A DNA stretch of 32,000 nt, from the NCBI RefSeq assembly GCF_019464535.1, contig NZ_CP080507.1, forward strand, positions 3,570,001 through 3,602,000, written 5' to 3'. Positions 15,858 to 25,235 of this stretch are shown in pieces. Made by a program: the position numbers and the translations under genes. Within the stretch, counting starts at the first letter, position 1; every line of letters starts with the position of its first letter. A model generated the notes under the pieces. The model did no database searches, was not told the DNA's origin, and was given only the letters and a program-made list of their open reading frames with translations. Source of the DNA: Horticoccus luteus. Its GTDB lineage: Bacteria; Verrucomicrobiota; Verrucomicrobiia; Opitutales; Opitutaceae.

Positions 15858-16232
15858 ATGGACAAACTCATCCTCCGCGAACTCCACTTCATCGCCCGCC
15901 ACGGCGTCCTGCCCATCGAGCACGAAAACAGCCAGCACTTCTCCGCCACGCTGGAACTCGAACTCCCGCTCGCGGCCGCCGGCCAGCACGATCGCCTCGA
16001 CGAAACCATCGATTACTGCGCCGTGCAGGCGGTCGTGCGCCAGATCATCGAAGGCTCGCATCGCAAACTCATCGAAACCCTCGCCGAAAGTGTCGCCGCC
16101 GCGCTGTTGCAGGCGTTTCCATTGCTCGTCGCCGTGACCGTGGAAATCCTCAAGCCGCGCCCGCCCGTCGATTTTCAATTCGCCGGCGTCGCCGTGCGCA
16201 TCCGTCGCGCCCGCCCGTCCGCCGCGTCGTAA
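15858..16232 (+). CDS. folB: Dihydroneopterin aldolase
   Basis: In-frame ATG at 15858 within track ORF 15723..16232 (the upstream part overlaps folP). The 124-aa product MDKLILRELHFIARHGVLPIEHENSQHF...IDYCAV is FolB-like. It sits between folP and folK. Confidence 0.85.
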   Translation: MDKLILRELHFIARHGVLPIEHENSQHFSATLELELPLAAAGQHDRLDETIDYCAVQAVVRQIIEGSHRKLIETLAESVAAALLQAFPLLVAVTVEILKPRPPVDFQFAGVAVRIRRARPSAAS

Positions 16233-16233
16233 A

Positions 16234-16734
16234 ATGCCTGACCGCCTGCCCCAAGCCCTGATTGGCGCCGGCGCCAATCTTGGCGACCGCGCCGCCACCC
16301 TCGCCGCCGCCTTGGAACGCCTGCGCGCCGCGCCCGGCATCGCTGTGCTCGCAGCGTCTTCGATTTACGAAACCGCGCCGGTCGGCCCGGTCGATCAACC
16401 GAATTTCCTCAACCTCGTCGCCGGTGTGGAAACCACCCTCACGCCCGAGGCGCTGCTCGCCTTGTTGCTCGACGTGGAACACGCCTTCGGCCGCGTGCGC
16501 AGCGAGCGCTGGGGCCCGCGCACGCTCGACCTCGACCTGCTCGCGTTCGAGGGCCAGACGCGCCGCACCGCCGACTTGCAGTTACCGCATCCGCGGATGC
16601 TCGAACGCAGCTTCGTCCTCGTGCCGCTCGCCGAACTCCTCGCCCGCCCACGCTTCCAACGCCCGGCCTGGGACGCCTTGCGCGCCTCCGCCGCCGCCTG
16701 CCCGCCGGATCCCGGCGTGCGCCGCTTCCGCTAA
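16234..16734 (+). CDS. folK: 2-amino-4-hydroxy-6-hydroxymethyldihydropterin pyrophosphokinase (HPPK)
   Basis: 166 aa: ALIGAGANLGDR..., SSIYETAPVG, RWGPRTLDLDLL, LPHPRMLERSFVLVPLAEL. Confidence 0.9.
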   Translation: MPDRLPQALIGAGANLGDRAATLAAALERLRAAPGIAVLAASSIYETAPVGPVDQPNFLNLVAGVETTLTPEALLALLLDVEHAFGRVRSERWGPRTLDLDLLAFEGQTRRTADLQLPHPRMLERSFVLVPLAELLARPRFQRPAWDALRASAAACPPDPGVRRFR

Positions 16735-16823
16735 ACTAAACCGCAAGTTTTCGGCGCCCGTTCCCGCCCCCGGCGGAATGCGGGCTTGCGCCTTGCGCCG
16801 CGTCATCTCTTTTTGCCCCCAAC

Positions 16824-17486
16824 ATGGCAGTGTCCGCGCCACGCCGCACCACCCCTCTGCGCTTCGTCCTGGTCGACGACACCGCGACCTTTCGCGAGCT
16901 GCTCAAGGAAGCGCTCCTGCGCCGCTTTCAACCCCTCGAACTGCGCGACTTCGCCAACGGTCGCGAAGCGCTCGACTCCTGCCTCGCCTCGCCGCCCGAC
17001 CTGCTCATCGCCGATCTTTATCTGCGCGATTTCGACGGCCGCGATATCGTGCGCGAACTGCGCAACCGCCGGCTGGAGACTCGCGTGATTGTGCTCACCG
17101 CGCACCCGGAGGCGCAGTTGCCCGCCGAACTGGTGTCGCTCGGCGTCGCCGGTTTCGTCGATAAAAACTCCCCGCTCGACCAGATCGATCGCGCCGTGCA
17201 ACGCGTGCTCGACGGCGGCATGTTTTTCTCTGCGGCGGTCCCGCCGCCCGTCTCCTTCGCGTCGGCCGGCCCGACCCTCCCTCGCGTGGGCGCGGAAGCC
17301 CTCTCGGAACGCGAGCAGGAAGTCGTCCGCCTCGTGGTGCGCGGGCTCGCCTCGAAGGAAGTGGGCGCGCAACTCAATCTCAGCACGCGCACGGTCGAAA
17401 AACACCGCGCCCGGATCTTCGCGAAGCTCGGCGTCCACGACGTCCCCACGCTCGTCCGCTGGTGCCTGCGCAACGGTTTGGGCTGA
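16824..17486 (+). CDS. Two-component response regulator, NarL/LuxR family (REC + LuxR-type HTH)
   Basis: Receiver residues LVDDT, LLIADLYL (phospho-acceptor Asp), VLTAH, GFVDK. C-terminal LSEREQEVVRLVVRGLASKEVGAQLNLSTRTVEKHRARIFAKLGV is a GerE/LuxR helix-turn-helix. Confidence 0.9.
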   Translation: MAVSAPRRTTPLRFVLVDDTATFRELLKEALLRRFQPLELRDFANGREALDSCLASPPDLLIADLYLRDFDGRDIVRELRNRRLETRVIVLTAHPEAQLPAELVSLGVAGFVDKNSPLDQIDRAVQRVLDGGMFFSAAVPPPVSFASAGPTLPRVGAEALSEREQEVVRLVVRGLASKEVGAQLNLSTRTVEKHRARIFAKLGVHDVPTLVRWCLRNGLG

Positions 17487-17543
17487 GCCTCCTCGCGCCA
17501 CCACCGGCGCCCACGCGAGCGCGCCGCGCCGGCAAAAACGGCG

Positions 17544-17738
17544 TCAAGGCGCCAGCGCCGGGACGGCCCGCCCTCCCCGCGGAGACGAGAGATTATTGGT
17601 CAGCACGTAGACCACCATCGCGACGATCATGCAGATCGCCGCGACCCAAAAAAAGGGGTGATGATGAATCGGTTTCCGATGCGGCCGATGCTCGGCGGCG
17701 TGCGGACCTCCGTGCTGCTGGTTTTCAGGTTTGTCCAT
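17544..17738 (-). CDS. Small His-rich single-pass membrane protein (64 aa), hypothetical
   Basis: MDKPENQQHGGPHAAEHRPHRKPIHHHPFFWVAAICMIVAMVVYVLTNNLSSPRGG: a His-rich N-terminus (8 His in the first 27 residues) followed by one TM helix. It resembles small proteins I recall from other soil bacteria. Support is composition and architecture only. Confidence 0.5.
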   Translation of the reverse strand: MDKPENQQHGGPHAAEHRPHRKPIHHHPFFWVAAICMIVAMVVYVLTNNLSSPRGGRAVPALAP

Positions 17739-17912
17739 AAAAGGGGCGGGCCGGAGTCATTCGACCACGTGCCCGGGCAAACGTTACCGCCTCTCTTCAA
17801 TTGAATCGCGATTCCCGCCAGCCGGCCGCAGCTCTCGACATCCATCCGCCTTCGTAACGCGCGACGAAGCCGGCTCTCCCGCGGACGATTTGCCGCAACC
17901 CCTTCTCTCTCG

Positions 17913-20027
17913 TCAGGCCGGCGCGGCACTCTGGACGGGCAGGAGGAATCGGAAGACTGCGCCCTGCCCCGGCTGCGACTCCACCTCCAGCCGGCCGCCT
18001 TGCAACGCGAGCAGTTCGTGCGTGATAAAAAGCCCGAGCCCCATCGACGCTTCCTTGCCCGTCGGCCGCGCCGACAACCGCGAGTACGGCGCAAACAGCC
18101 GCCCAAAATCCGCCGGCTGCAACCCCGGTCCCGTATCCCGCACTTCGGCGAAAACGTAATTATCCAGCTCGCCCAGCACGACGTCGATGGCGCCCTCCGG
18201 CGGCGTAAACTTCAGCGCGTTGCCCACCAGATTGTCGAACACCTGCCGCAACCGGTCCGCGTCGGCGCGCACTTTGGGCAAACCCTTCGGCGCCGCGAAC
18301 GTCAGCGTCTGCCGCTTCAACGCCGCGATCGGCTGCAAACCCGCCACCGCCTCGCGCGACAATGCGGCCAGATCCAACTCGTCGAGATGCATCTCGAGGT
18401 TCCCGTCCTCGATCGCCGCGGCATCGAGAAAATCACGCACGAGGGTCGCCATCCGCGCGGTGTCGGCCTGGATCCCCTGCGCGAGGCGCCGCACGGTTTC
18501 TTCGTTGGCCGGCGCACGCCCCAGCAATCCCGCCGTCGCCGTGAGTGCGTTGAGCGGTGTCTTCAGATCGTGCGAGGCGATTTGCAGGAAACGCGTTTTC
18601 AACCGCTCCGCATTTTCCGCGTGCTCGCGCGCCTGTTGCGTCGCCGCACGCATGCGACGCTCGGCATGCAGCCGCACCCGCTGCACGACGATCACCGCGC
18701 CAAAAATCACCACGCCCAGAATCAGCCCGGCGCCGAGCGCGAGGGTCTGCGAACGCCCCCGGCGCAACTCCGCCGTCTGCACGTCCTGATCGCGGCGGAG
18801 CAGGCGGATCTCGAGTTCGCGCTGATCCGCATCAAACTGCGCGCGCAATTCCGCGATGCGTTGCCGGTCCCGCTCGCCGCGCATCGTTTCCGTCGCCTCC
18901 GCGAGCTTGCGCTGAAAACCGAGCGCGCCGCGAAAATCCCCCTTCGCCTCGTCGAGCAGCGCGCCTTCCTCATAAATGTTGGCCAGCACTTCCGCGCTGC
19001 CGAGCGAGGCGGCGAGACCCAGCGCTTCCTCCAGATGCGCCTGCGCGCCCACCAAATCGCCCGCGCGCCGCAACACCGCCGTGAGCCGGCGATGCGTGTT
19101 GGCAATGTAGCGCTTCATCCCGAACCGCTGGTAAACCTCCAGCGCGCGGTCGAGCTGCTGCAACGCGCCGGCCGTGTCGCCCGTCGCATCGGCCACGAGC
19201 CCGAGGTTGGTGTAGGAATCGGCGATGGCGCGCGTGAGCCCCAGCGACTCGCGAATCCGCAGCGCCTGCGTATGCAGCTCCTTCGCCCGTGCGTAGTCCT
19301 TCTGCTCGAGGTAATGGTTGCCGAGGTTGTTTAACACCATGGCCACCTGCGCCTGATCGCCCGCCTCCTGCGCGAGCTTCAGCGCTTCGTTGAAATGCTC
19401 CAGCCCCGCGGCGATCTGGCCGAACCGATGATACGTCAACCCCAGCGCCGCATGCGTCCGGGCGAGGAGTTTCGGATCGTTCAACGTCTTCGCCAGCCGC
19501 AGCTCCAGCAAATGGCTTTCGATCGCGCGCGGGTAGTCCGTGAGACTCCACTGGATGCGACCCGTGAGGTAAAGGAACTCCACCTGCATCCGCACGTCGC
19601 CGAGTTGTTGCGCGCGCGCCAGCCCCTCGCGCGCCGTCGCCAGCGCGGCCACGTAATCGCCCCGCCGCCGTTGCAAGGCCGCCGTGTGCACCAGCGCACG
19701 CATCGACTCCGCGGCCTTGGACGTCGCCTCCGGCAACGCCTCGTCGGCGACCGCATCACCGGAATCGGAGATCGGTTGGGCGTGCACCGCCGCTCCCGCG
19801 CCCAACAGGCCGAGCACGAGCACCGCGCGACGCAGCCAGCGCAGGGCCCCCGGGATTGGGTTGATCGCTCGACCCGCCCGAACGTGACGTGAAACCGCCG
19901 GCAACATACGCGCGTTCTTGCGAGAACCGCGTGCCATGTGCAAGGCCGCGCGACACCGCGCCGGACTTTCCCGGCCGCGGACCGCGTTCGGCCGCGCTGC
20001 CGGCGGGCGCGTAGCAAAGGGCCGCAC
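17913..20027 (-). CDS. Sensor histidine kinase with extracytoplasmic TPR domain
   Basis: Signal/TM1 LRRAVLVLGLLGAGAAVHA, multiple TPR repeats, coiled coil, TM2 LALGAGLILGVVIFGAVIVV, HisKA H-box FLQIASHDLKTPLNAL, and HATPase_c (NLVGNALKF, DTGPGL, GLGLFI). The longest ORF starts at GTG 20027; ATGs at 19937 or 19907 are equally plausible starts. Confidence 0.9.
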   Translation of the reverse strand: MRPFATRPPAARPNAVRGRESPARCRAALHMARGSRKNARMLPAVSRHVRAGRAINPIPGALRWLRRAVLVLGLLGAGAAVHAQPISDSGDAVADEALPEATSKAAESMRALVHTAALQRRRGDYVAALATAREGLARAQQLGDVRMQVEFLYLTGRIQWSLTDYPRAIESHLLELRLAKTLNDPKLLARTHAALGLTYHRFGQIAAGLEHFNEALKLAQEAGDQAQVAMVLNNLGNHYLEQKDYARAKELHTQALRIRESLGLTRAIADSYTNLGLVADATGDTAGALQQLDRALEVYQRFGMKRYIANTHRRLTAVLRRAGDLVGAQAHLEEALGLAASLGSAEVLANIYEEGALLDEAKGDFRGALGFQRKLAEATETMRGERDRQRIAELRAQFDADQRELEIRLLRRDQDVQTAELRRGRSQTLALGAGLILGVVIFGAVIVVQRVRLHAERRMRAATQQAREHAENAERLKTRFLQIASHDLKTPLNALTATAGLLGRAPANEETVRRLAQGIQADTARMATLVRDFLDAAAIEDGNLEMHLDELDLAALSREAVAGLQPIAALKRQTLTFAAPKGLPKVRADADRLRQVFDNLVGNALKFTPPEGAIDVVLGELDNYVFAEVRDTGPGLQPADFGRLFAPYSRLSARPTGKEASMGLGLFITHELLALQGGRLEVESQPGQGAVFRFLLPVQSAAPA

Positions 20028-20030
20028 GGG

Positions 20031-21872
20031 TCAGAAGCCCGCGGCGGCGTTTGTGCGCCGCGGATCCGCATAGCCGGTCAGCGCGCCGTCGGCGCCCACT
20101 TCGATCGCGTTGATCCCGCCGAAATAGCGACCGCGCCCGGCCGCTTCCTTCTTCACGACTTTCCAGCCCAGCGCCTCCAACATCTTCTGCTCTTCGTCGG
20201 GAAACGAAGCCTCGACTTCCCAGACATTGTTCGGATCACGCGCCGTCACCGGCGACAGCAGGTGCAGCCGCGTGTCGCCGATCGAGTCCGCGAGAGGCCG
20301 GTGAAACGCAAAATAATCGAGCAAGGTCTGCAGCATCGCGGTCGGGATGCGTTGCGCCCCGGGCAGGCCGATCGCCAGCAACGGCCGGCCGCCGCGCACG
20401 ACGATCGTCGGCGCCGTCGTGCTGCGCGGCCGCTTCCCCGGCGCAGCGATGTTGACCGAGCCCGCGTTGACGACGGCGAAATTGCTCAACGAATCATTCA
20501 TCACGACACCCGTGCCCGGCGCCATGACGCCCGCGCCGAAATGCAGGCTCTGCGATTGCGTCACGCTCACGACATTGCCCGCGCCATCCACGATCACGAA
20601 GTGCGTTGTCGAAGCATGCACGTCTTCGAAATCCGGTTCGCTCCACACCGGCGTCCGCGCGTCCTTTTCACGGACTTGGGCCACGCCCACACCTGCCCGC
20701 TGGCGCACTTCCGCGATGAAATCGGCGGCGAACAAATGCGTGACCGCGTCATCGGCGGAGGCGACGTCCGCCACCGTGCTCTGCACGACCGGCGCGACTT
20801 GCTGCCACACCCGTCCCACCTGATCGAGATTCGCCGCCGTGCGCAACGCCCCCGGCGCCCATCGCGCCGTTTCCAGCGCTTTCAAAATCGCCAGATACTG
20901 AGCCGGCCCGGTCGACGGCGGACAGCCGGCCAGGAAAGTGCAGCCGAAAATTTCGGTCATCACCGGTGCCCGCACGCGCGCCTCGTAATGCGCCAGATCG
21001 TCGAGCGTGAGCCAGCCCCCGCCGCGTTGCGCGGCAGCGACCATCGCCTCCGCCACCGGCCCGCGGTAAAATCCCGCCGCGCCCTTTTCGGCGAGCAACT
21101 CCATCGTGTGCGCGAGATCCGGATTCGGCAGCCGCGCGCCCACCGCGGGCACCCGCCCTTGCGGTAGAAAAATCCGCGTCAACTCGGGGTCGCCGCGCAA
21201 AACTTTTTCGCGTTCGAGAAACAGGTCGCGGGATTTGGGCAGCACCTCGAAGCCGCGGCGCGCCAGCTCGATCGCCGGCCGCACATCCTCCGCCCACGGC
21301 CGCACGCCCCACCGCCGGTGCGCCGTCTCCAGCGCCGCCGCCAGCCCAGGCGTCGCCACCGAGGTCCAGCCGTAGTGCCGCCGGTTCGACGACAGGTGGC
21401 GGAATTTTTCCGTGGGCAACGTGCGACTCGCCTCGTCCATCCCATCGATGGCGAAGCTGCGGCCCTCCGCATCGCGGTATACCATCATGATTTTCCCGCC
21501 CAGGCCCGACGCGTAGGGTTCGGCGACGCCGAGCGCGAGCGAAACGGCCACCGCGGCATCGATCGCGTTGCCGCCCGCGCGCAACACGTCCACCCCCGCC
21601 GCCGCCGCCTCCGGATGACCCGCGACGACCATGCCATGGGTCGCCGTCACCGGCGTCACCTGCACCGGCACGCCGGCCAGCGCGATGCCCGTGCAGAGCG
21701 TCGCCAGCCACGCACCGAAGAATCGTCGTGCGGCGGAGGGCCCGCCTCGCCGCGCGGCCGTCACAAACCGCGCGTGCGTTTGACAGCGCGCGGGCAGCCG
21801 GGCCCGACCGCTACGCTTGTCCATTTGATCAACCAATGTGCAGCAACGCGTTTGCATGGCAAGCAGCGCCAA
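20031..21872 (-). CDS. ggt: Gamma-glutamyltranspeptidase
   Basis: HGMVVAGHPEAAAAGVDVLRAGGNAIDAAVAVSLALGVAEPYASGLGG and the autoprocessing-site region TTHFVIVDGAGNVVSVTQS are canonical GGT. A signal-like segment RRFFGAWLATLCTGIALAG is present. The real start may be 21857 or 21824. Confidence 0.9.
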   Translation of the reverse strand: MALLAMQTRCCTLVDQMDKRSGRARLPARCQTHARFVTAARRGGPSAARRFFGAWLATLCTGIALAGVPVQVTPVTATHGMVVAGHPEAAAAGVDVLRAGGNAIDAAVAVSLALGVAEPYASGLGGKIMMVYRDAEGRSFAIDGMDEASRTLPTEKFRHLSSNRRHYGWTSVATPGLAAALETAHRRWGVRPWAEDVRPAIELARRGFEVLPKSRDLFLEREKVLRGDPELTRIFLPQGRVPAVGARLPNPDLAHTMELLAEKGAAGFYRGPVAEAMVAAAQRGGGWLTLDDLAHYEARVRAPVMTEIFGCTFLAGCPPSTGPAQYLAILKALETARWAPGALRTAANLDQVGRVWQQVAPVVQSTVADVASADDAVTHLFAADFIAEVRQRAGVGVAQVREKDARTPVWSEPDFEDVHASTTHFVIVDGAGNVVSVTQSQSLHFGAGVMAPGTGVVMNDSLSNFAVVNAGSVNIAAPGKRPRSTTAPTIVVRGGRPLLAIGLPGAQRIPTAMLQTLLDYFAFHRPLADSIGDTRLHLLSPVTARDPNNVWEVEASFPDEEQKMLEALGWKVVKKEAAGRGRYFGGINAIEVGADGALTGYADPRRTNAAAGF

Positions 21873-21878
21873 CCCGCG

Positions 21879-24800
21879 TTAAAGCTGCTTCGAGAGCTGC
21901 AGATAATACTGCCGGCCGCGCGGACTGCCGGCGCTCGTGCGATAGCCCCGGGTCTCGTCCGCGAACGGCGGATCGATCCCGAAAACATTGTTCACACCCA
22001 CCCGCACGCTCACGTCGCGCAGCGCCGGCGCCGCTTTGCGCCGGGAGAACTTGTAGTTCACGTAAGCGTTGTGGCTGATCCAGTCGCCCACGCGGTAGCC
22101 GATGCGCGTCGAGCCCGTTGAGTCCATGTAGGGCCGGAGGTAATCCGGATAATTAAGCGCCTGCAGCACGGCCTGCGTAGTGGCGGAGCTGGCAAGTCCG
22201 ATGTTCGCCGAGGTGTCGATGGAGCCCATCACGTAGTTGGTGAACCAGCCCGCGCCCCACTGCTTCCAGCGCCAGATGAGGCTGGCGTTGGCCTTCCACC
22301 GCGTGATGCCGTCGAGGCCGAGGCGGTCACGCATGATGCCGCCTTCCGAGGCGAGCATTTGATCGTATTGGTTCATCCACGCGCCTTCGCCGCGCAGCGT
22401 GAACTGGCCGATGGGCAGCCGCGGCAAGCGGTATTGCAGCGAGAAATCGATGCCGCCGACGTTGCGCGCGTCGAGGTTGAGATAGTCGTCGATGATCGTC
22501 GCGATCTTGCCGACAGGCGCGCGCTGGTCGCTCGGCGCGTGCGTGGCGTTGTAATTCGCAAACGCGGTCAGATCGGCGCCAGTGATCGGTGCCCGATGGA
22601 TGCGCGGATTGCCGAGGTAGTGCGTGCCGTCCTGCACCACCACGTCGCTGATGGTTTTGCCGGCGGCGAGTTGCGCCTGCGTGGCGGCGTCGAGCATGTC
22701 GCTGTCGATCTGCATCTGCAGCGTCGCGCCGAGATTCGCGATGACGTTGCGCTGCTTCATGCTCCAGTAATCGGCGGAAACGGTGAGGCCCTTCACCTTC
22801 GGCACCTCGACCACGAGGCCGATCGCCACCGTGTCGGCCTCCTCGGGCTTCAGCGCGGCGTTGCCCTGGCGAGTCACCTTTCGCGTGCGCGAGCCGTCCG
22901 AACCGAGGGCCGTGACGTCGACGCGGTAGTAGTCGGTGATGCTGGAGACGAGGCGCTGGAGCGGCGTGTTGTCGACCTGCACCAGATTCGGCGCGCGAAA
23001 CGATTCGCTGTAGGAACCACGCAGCAGGATCCAACTGTTCGGCCGGTAACCGACGCTGTATTTCGGCTTAAACGTGTCGCCAAAATCGCTGAACCGTTCG
23101 TAGCGCCCCGCGAGGGAGAATTCGAGGGCGCGAATCCCCGGCACGTGATCCTTCGCCCGCACGATGGGCACCAGCACTTCCGTGAAACCGGCAAACGCAT
23201 CGCGGCTCGTGCTGAGATTCACATTGGGGCTGAGCCCCACGAAGTCGTTCTCGCCTTCGATCAAATACGGATTCGACGACGAGCTGCCGGCCGGATTGAG
23301 CCCGGCATACGGCGGCCGCCAGTCTTCATAGGTCTCACGGCGCAGCTCCACGCCGGCGGCGGCGCTCACCTGTCGGCCCCACGCCTCGAATAACGGCCCG
23401 TTGACCTTCGCATCCCAGCTCGCCAGCGACGTGCGCGCGAGGCGCACGAAATCATCGTAAAGCGGGTTCACGACCGAAGCATCGTTGTGATACACCTGAT
23501 CGACGCGAATGGTGCCGCCGACGTTCTTGAACGTGACGCCAAAGGGGTTGAACGCCGTCGCATCGGTGCGCGCGAGGGCTTCGCGCAGCCTGCTGTCGCG
23601 AATGTCGTAGTGCTCGACGTCCTCGGTGCGTCCCCACCCGTAAAGCAGCGCACTCTCCCATTCCCAGTCGCCGAAAATCCGGCCGCGGAAACCCGCGACG
23701 GCGCGGCCGACGCGCGAGTTGACCTCGATCGCCCGCCGCCGGAAATCGCGCGGTTGCACGCCCGTGCCCGGCGCGAAGAGCACCGCCGCCGGCGTGCCGA
23801 CGATGCGCGGCGTGCCATCGGCGTTCGGCGCGCCCGCGGGATCGTAAAAACGCGTGCCGAACGGATTGTAGGGATTCGTCGCCGGCACGTAAATGTCGGT
23901 CGCGCCCGTGGAATCCACACTTACCGGATCGCGGTAGAGCCACGAGTCGGCGTGGTAGTAAAAAAGTTCGCCAAACGCCTTGATGTCGCCCGTCACATCG
24001 TGATCGAGGGTGACCGCGAACTGAAACCGCCGCGTCTCCGGCACCAGCTGCCGGTCCTGATTCACGTTGTAGTAGTAGTTGTGCGCGTAGTTCTCGATGC
24101 TGTGCGTCGGTTGCGATGACGTGGTGCCGATCGTGCCGTCCGCCAGCGGGAGCAGGTAAAACTGGCCGGGGGACGCGGCGGTGTTCGAGGCGGTGGTCAG
24201 CGCGGTGGTGTTCGAAGTCGTCGCGATGCCGCGATTGCTGTCCGGCCGGGAACCCACGAACACCTGTTCACCCGTCACCGGATCGGCCTGAAATTTTCCG
24301 CGGATAAAGTTACCGTAGATGCTCGAGCTCGAGGCGGTGTTGTCGAAATTGTTGTTCCGGTAGCTGGTGGCGTCCGGCAGTGTGATCGGGACGCCGTTGA
24401 AGGGCGCCGGTTGACGATCACGGTTGTCGGAGTTCGCGGAAAAAGTGCGGTCGCTCGACATGATCGCGTCGCGATGCAGGTAATCGAAAGACACACGGAT
24501 CTTGCCGCGGTCGTCCTTGAACATGCGGCCGTCGGAAATCGTGAACCGACGCTCCGCGCCGCCGCCATCCTGCGTGACCGAGCCCTGCACCTTGAGCTTG
24601 GTGCCATCCGCATCGGTGTTGAGGATCGCATTGACCACACCGGCGGTGGCATCCGCCCCGTAAATGGCGGAAGCGCCGTCGCGCAGGATTTCGATGCGCT
24701 TGATCGCGGCCGAGGGCAGGCTGTTGATGTTGACGGCGAGCGACGGCACGCCGCTCTCCGCCTGGCTCACCGGGTGCGGCACCATGCGCCGGCCGTTGAC

Positions 24801-25235
24801 GAGCACGAGGGTGTTGGCCGAGCCGAGGCTGCGCAGACTGATCGAGGCCACGTCGCCGCGTGCGGAGGCACCCAAGGTGGACTCCTCGTTGATCGGCATC
24901 TCGCCCGCTTGGGGAAGATATTCAAAGAATTCCGCCGGCGTCGCCGCCGCACGGACATCGATATCCTCCGTATCAAAGGTGCTCACGGGCAGCATCTTCT
25001 CTTCGTCCACGCGCTTGATGTTGGAACCGGTGACAACAAACGCCTCCAGCTTTTGGGGCTCACCGGCCGCCGTCGGCGCGTCATGCTGTTCTTTCGCGGT
25101 CGTAGTCGGCGCCGCGGCCTCGTCCGCCGCAGGGGGAGTTTGCGCGAGTAACGCCAGTGGCAGCACCGCGGCGGCGAGGCAGGTGCGGAAGGCGAAACGG
25201 CCGGTCTGACCGGCGGAAAGTCCGTGGAGTATCAT
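21879..25235 (-). CDS. TonB-dependent outer-membrane receptor (1118 aa)
   Basis: Signal peptide AAAVLPLALLAQ and a plug domain (LEAFVVTGSNIKR...ISLRSLGSANTLVLVNGRRM...IKRIEILRDGASAIYGADATAGVVNI), followed by a long Gly/Tyr/Asn-rich beta-barrel. Substrate cannot be told from the sequence. Confidence 0.92.
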   Translation of the reverse strand: MILHGLSAGQTGRFAFRTCLAAAVLPLALLAQTPPAADEAAAPTTTAKEQHDAPTAAGEPQKLEAFVVTGSNIKRVDEEKMLPVSTFDTEDIDVRAAATPAEFFEYLPQAGEMPINEESTLGASARGDVASISLRSLGSANTLVLVNGRRMVPHPVSQAESGVPSLAVNINSLPSAAIKRIEILRDGASAIYGADATAGVVNAILNTDADGTKLKVQGSVTQDGGGAERRFTISDGRMFKDDRGKIRVSFDYLHRDAIMSSDRTFSANSDNRDRQPAPFNGVPITLPDATSYRNNNFDNTASSSSIYGNFIRGKFQADPVTGEQVFVGSRPDSNRGIATTSNTTALTTASNTAASPGQFYLLPLADGTIGTTSSQPTHSIENYAHNYYYNVNQDRQLVPETRRFQFAVTLDHDVTGDIKAFGELFYYHADSWLYRDPVSVDSTGATDIYVPATNPYNPFGTRFYDPAGAPNADGTPRIVGTPAAVLFAPGTGVQPRDFRRRAIEVNSRVGRAVAGFRGRIFGDWEWESALLYGWGRTEDVEHYDIRDSRLREALARTDATAFNPFGVTFKNVGGTIRVDQVYHNDASVVNPLYDDFVRLARTSLASWDAKVNGPLFEAWGRQVSAAAGVELRRETYEDWRPPYAGLNPAGSSSSNPYLIEGENDFVGLSPNVNLSTSRDAFAGFTEVLVPIVRAKDHVPGIRALEFSLAGRYERFSDFGDTFKPKYSVGYRPNSWILLRGSYSESFRAPNLVQVDNTPLQRLVSSITDYYRVDVTALGSDGSRTRKVTRQGNAALKPEEADTVAIGLVVEVPKVKGLTVSADYWSMKQRNVIANLGATLQMQIDSDMLDAATQAQLAAGKTISDVVVQDGTHYLGNPRIHRAPITGADLTAFANYNATHAPSDQRAPVGKIATIIDDYLNLDARNVGGIDFSLQYRLPRLPIGQFTLRGEGAWMNQYDQMLASEGGIMRDRLGLDGITRWKANASLIWRWKQWGAGWFTNYVMGSIDTSANIGLASSATTQAVLQALNYPDYLRPYMDSTGSTRIGYRVGDWISHNAYVNYKFSRRKAAPALRDVSVRVGVNNVFGIDPPFADETRGYRTSAGSPRGRQYYLQLSKQL

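Noticed and set aside
18000-23393. Long + strand ORFs 18000..19334, 19938..21167, 21318..22121 and 22359..23393
   Set aside because: All are antisense to the sensor kinase, ggt and TonB-dependent receptor genes, and all are Arg-rich with no motifs. The sense frames carry clear family signatures.
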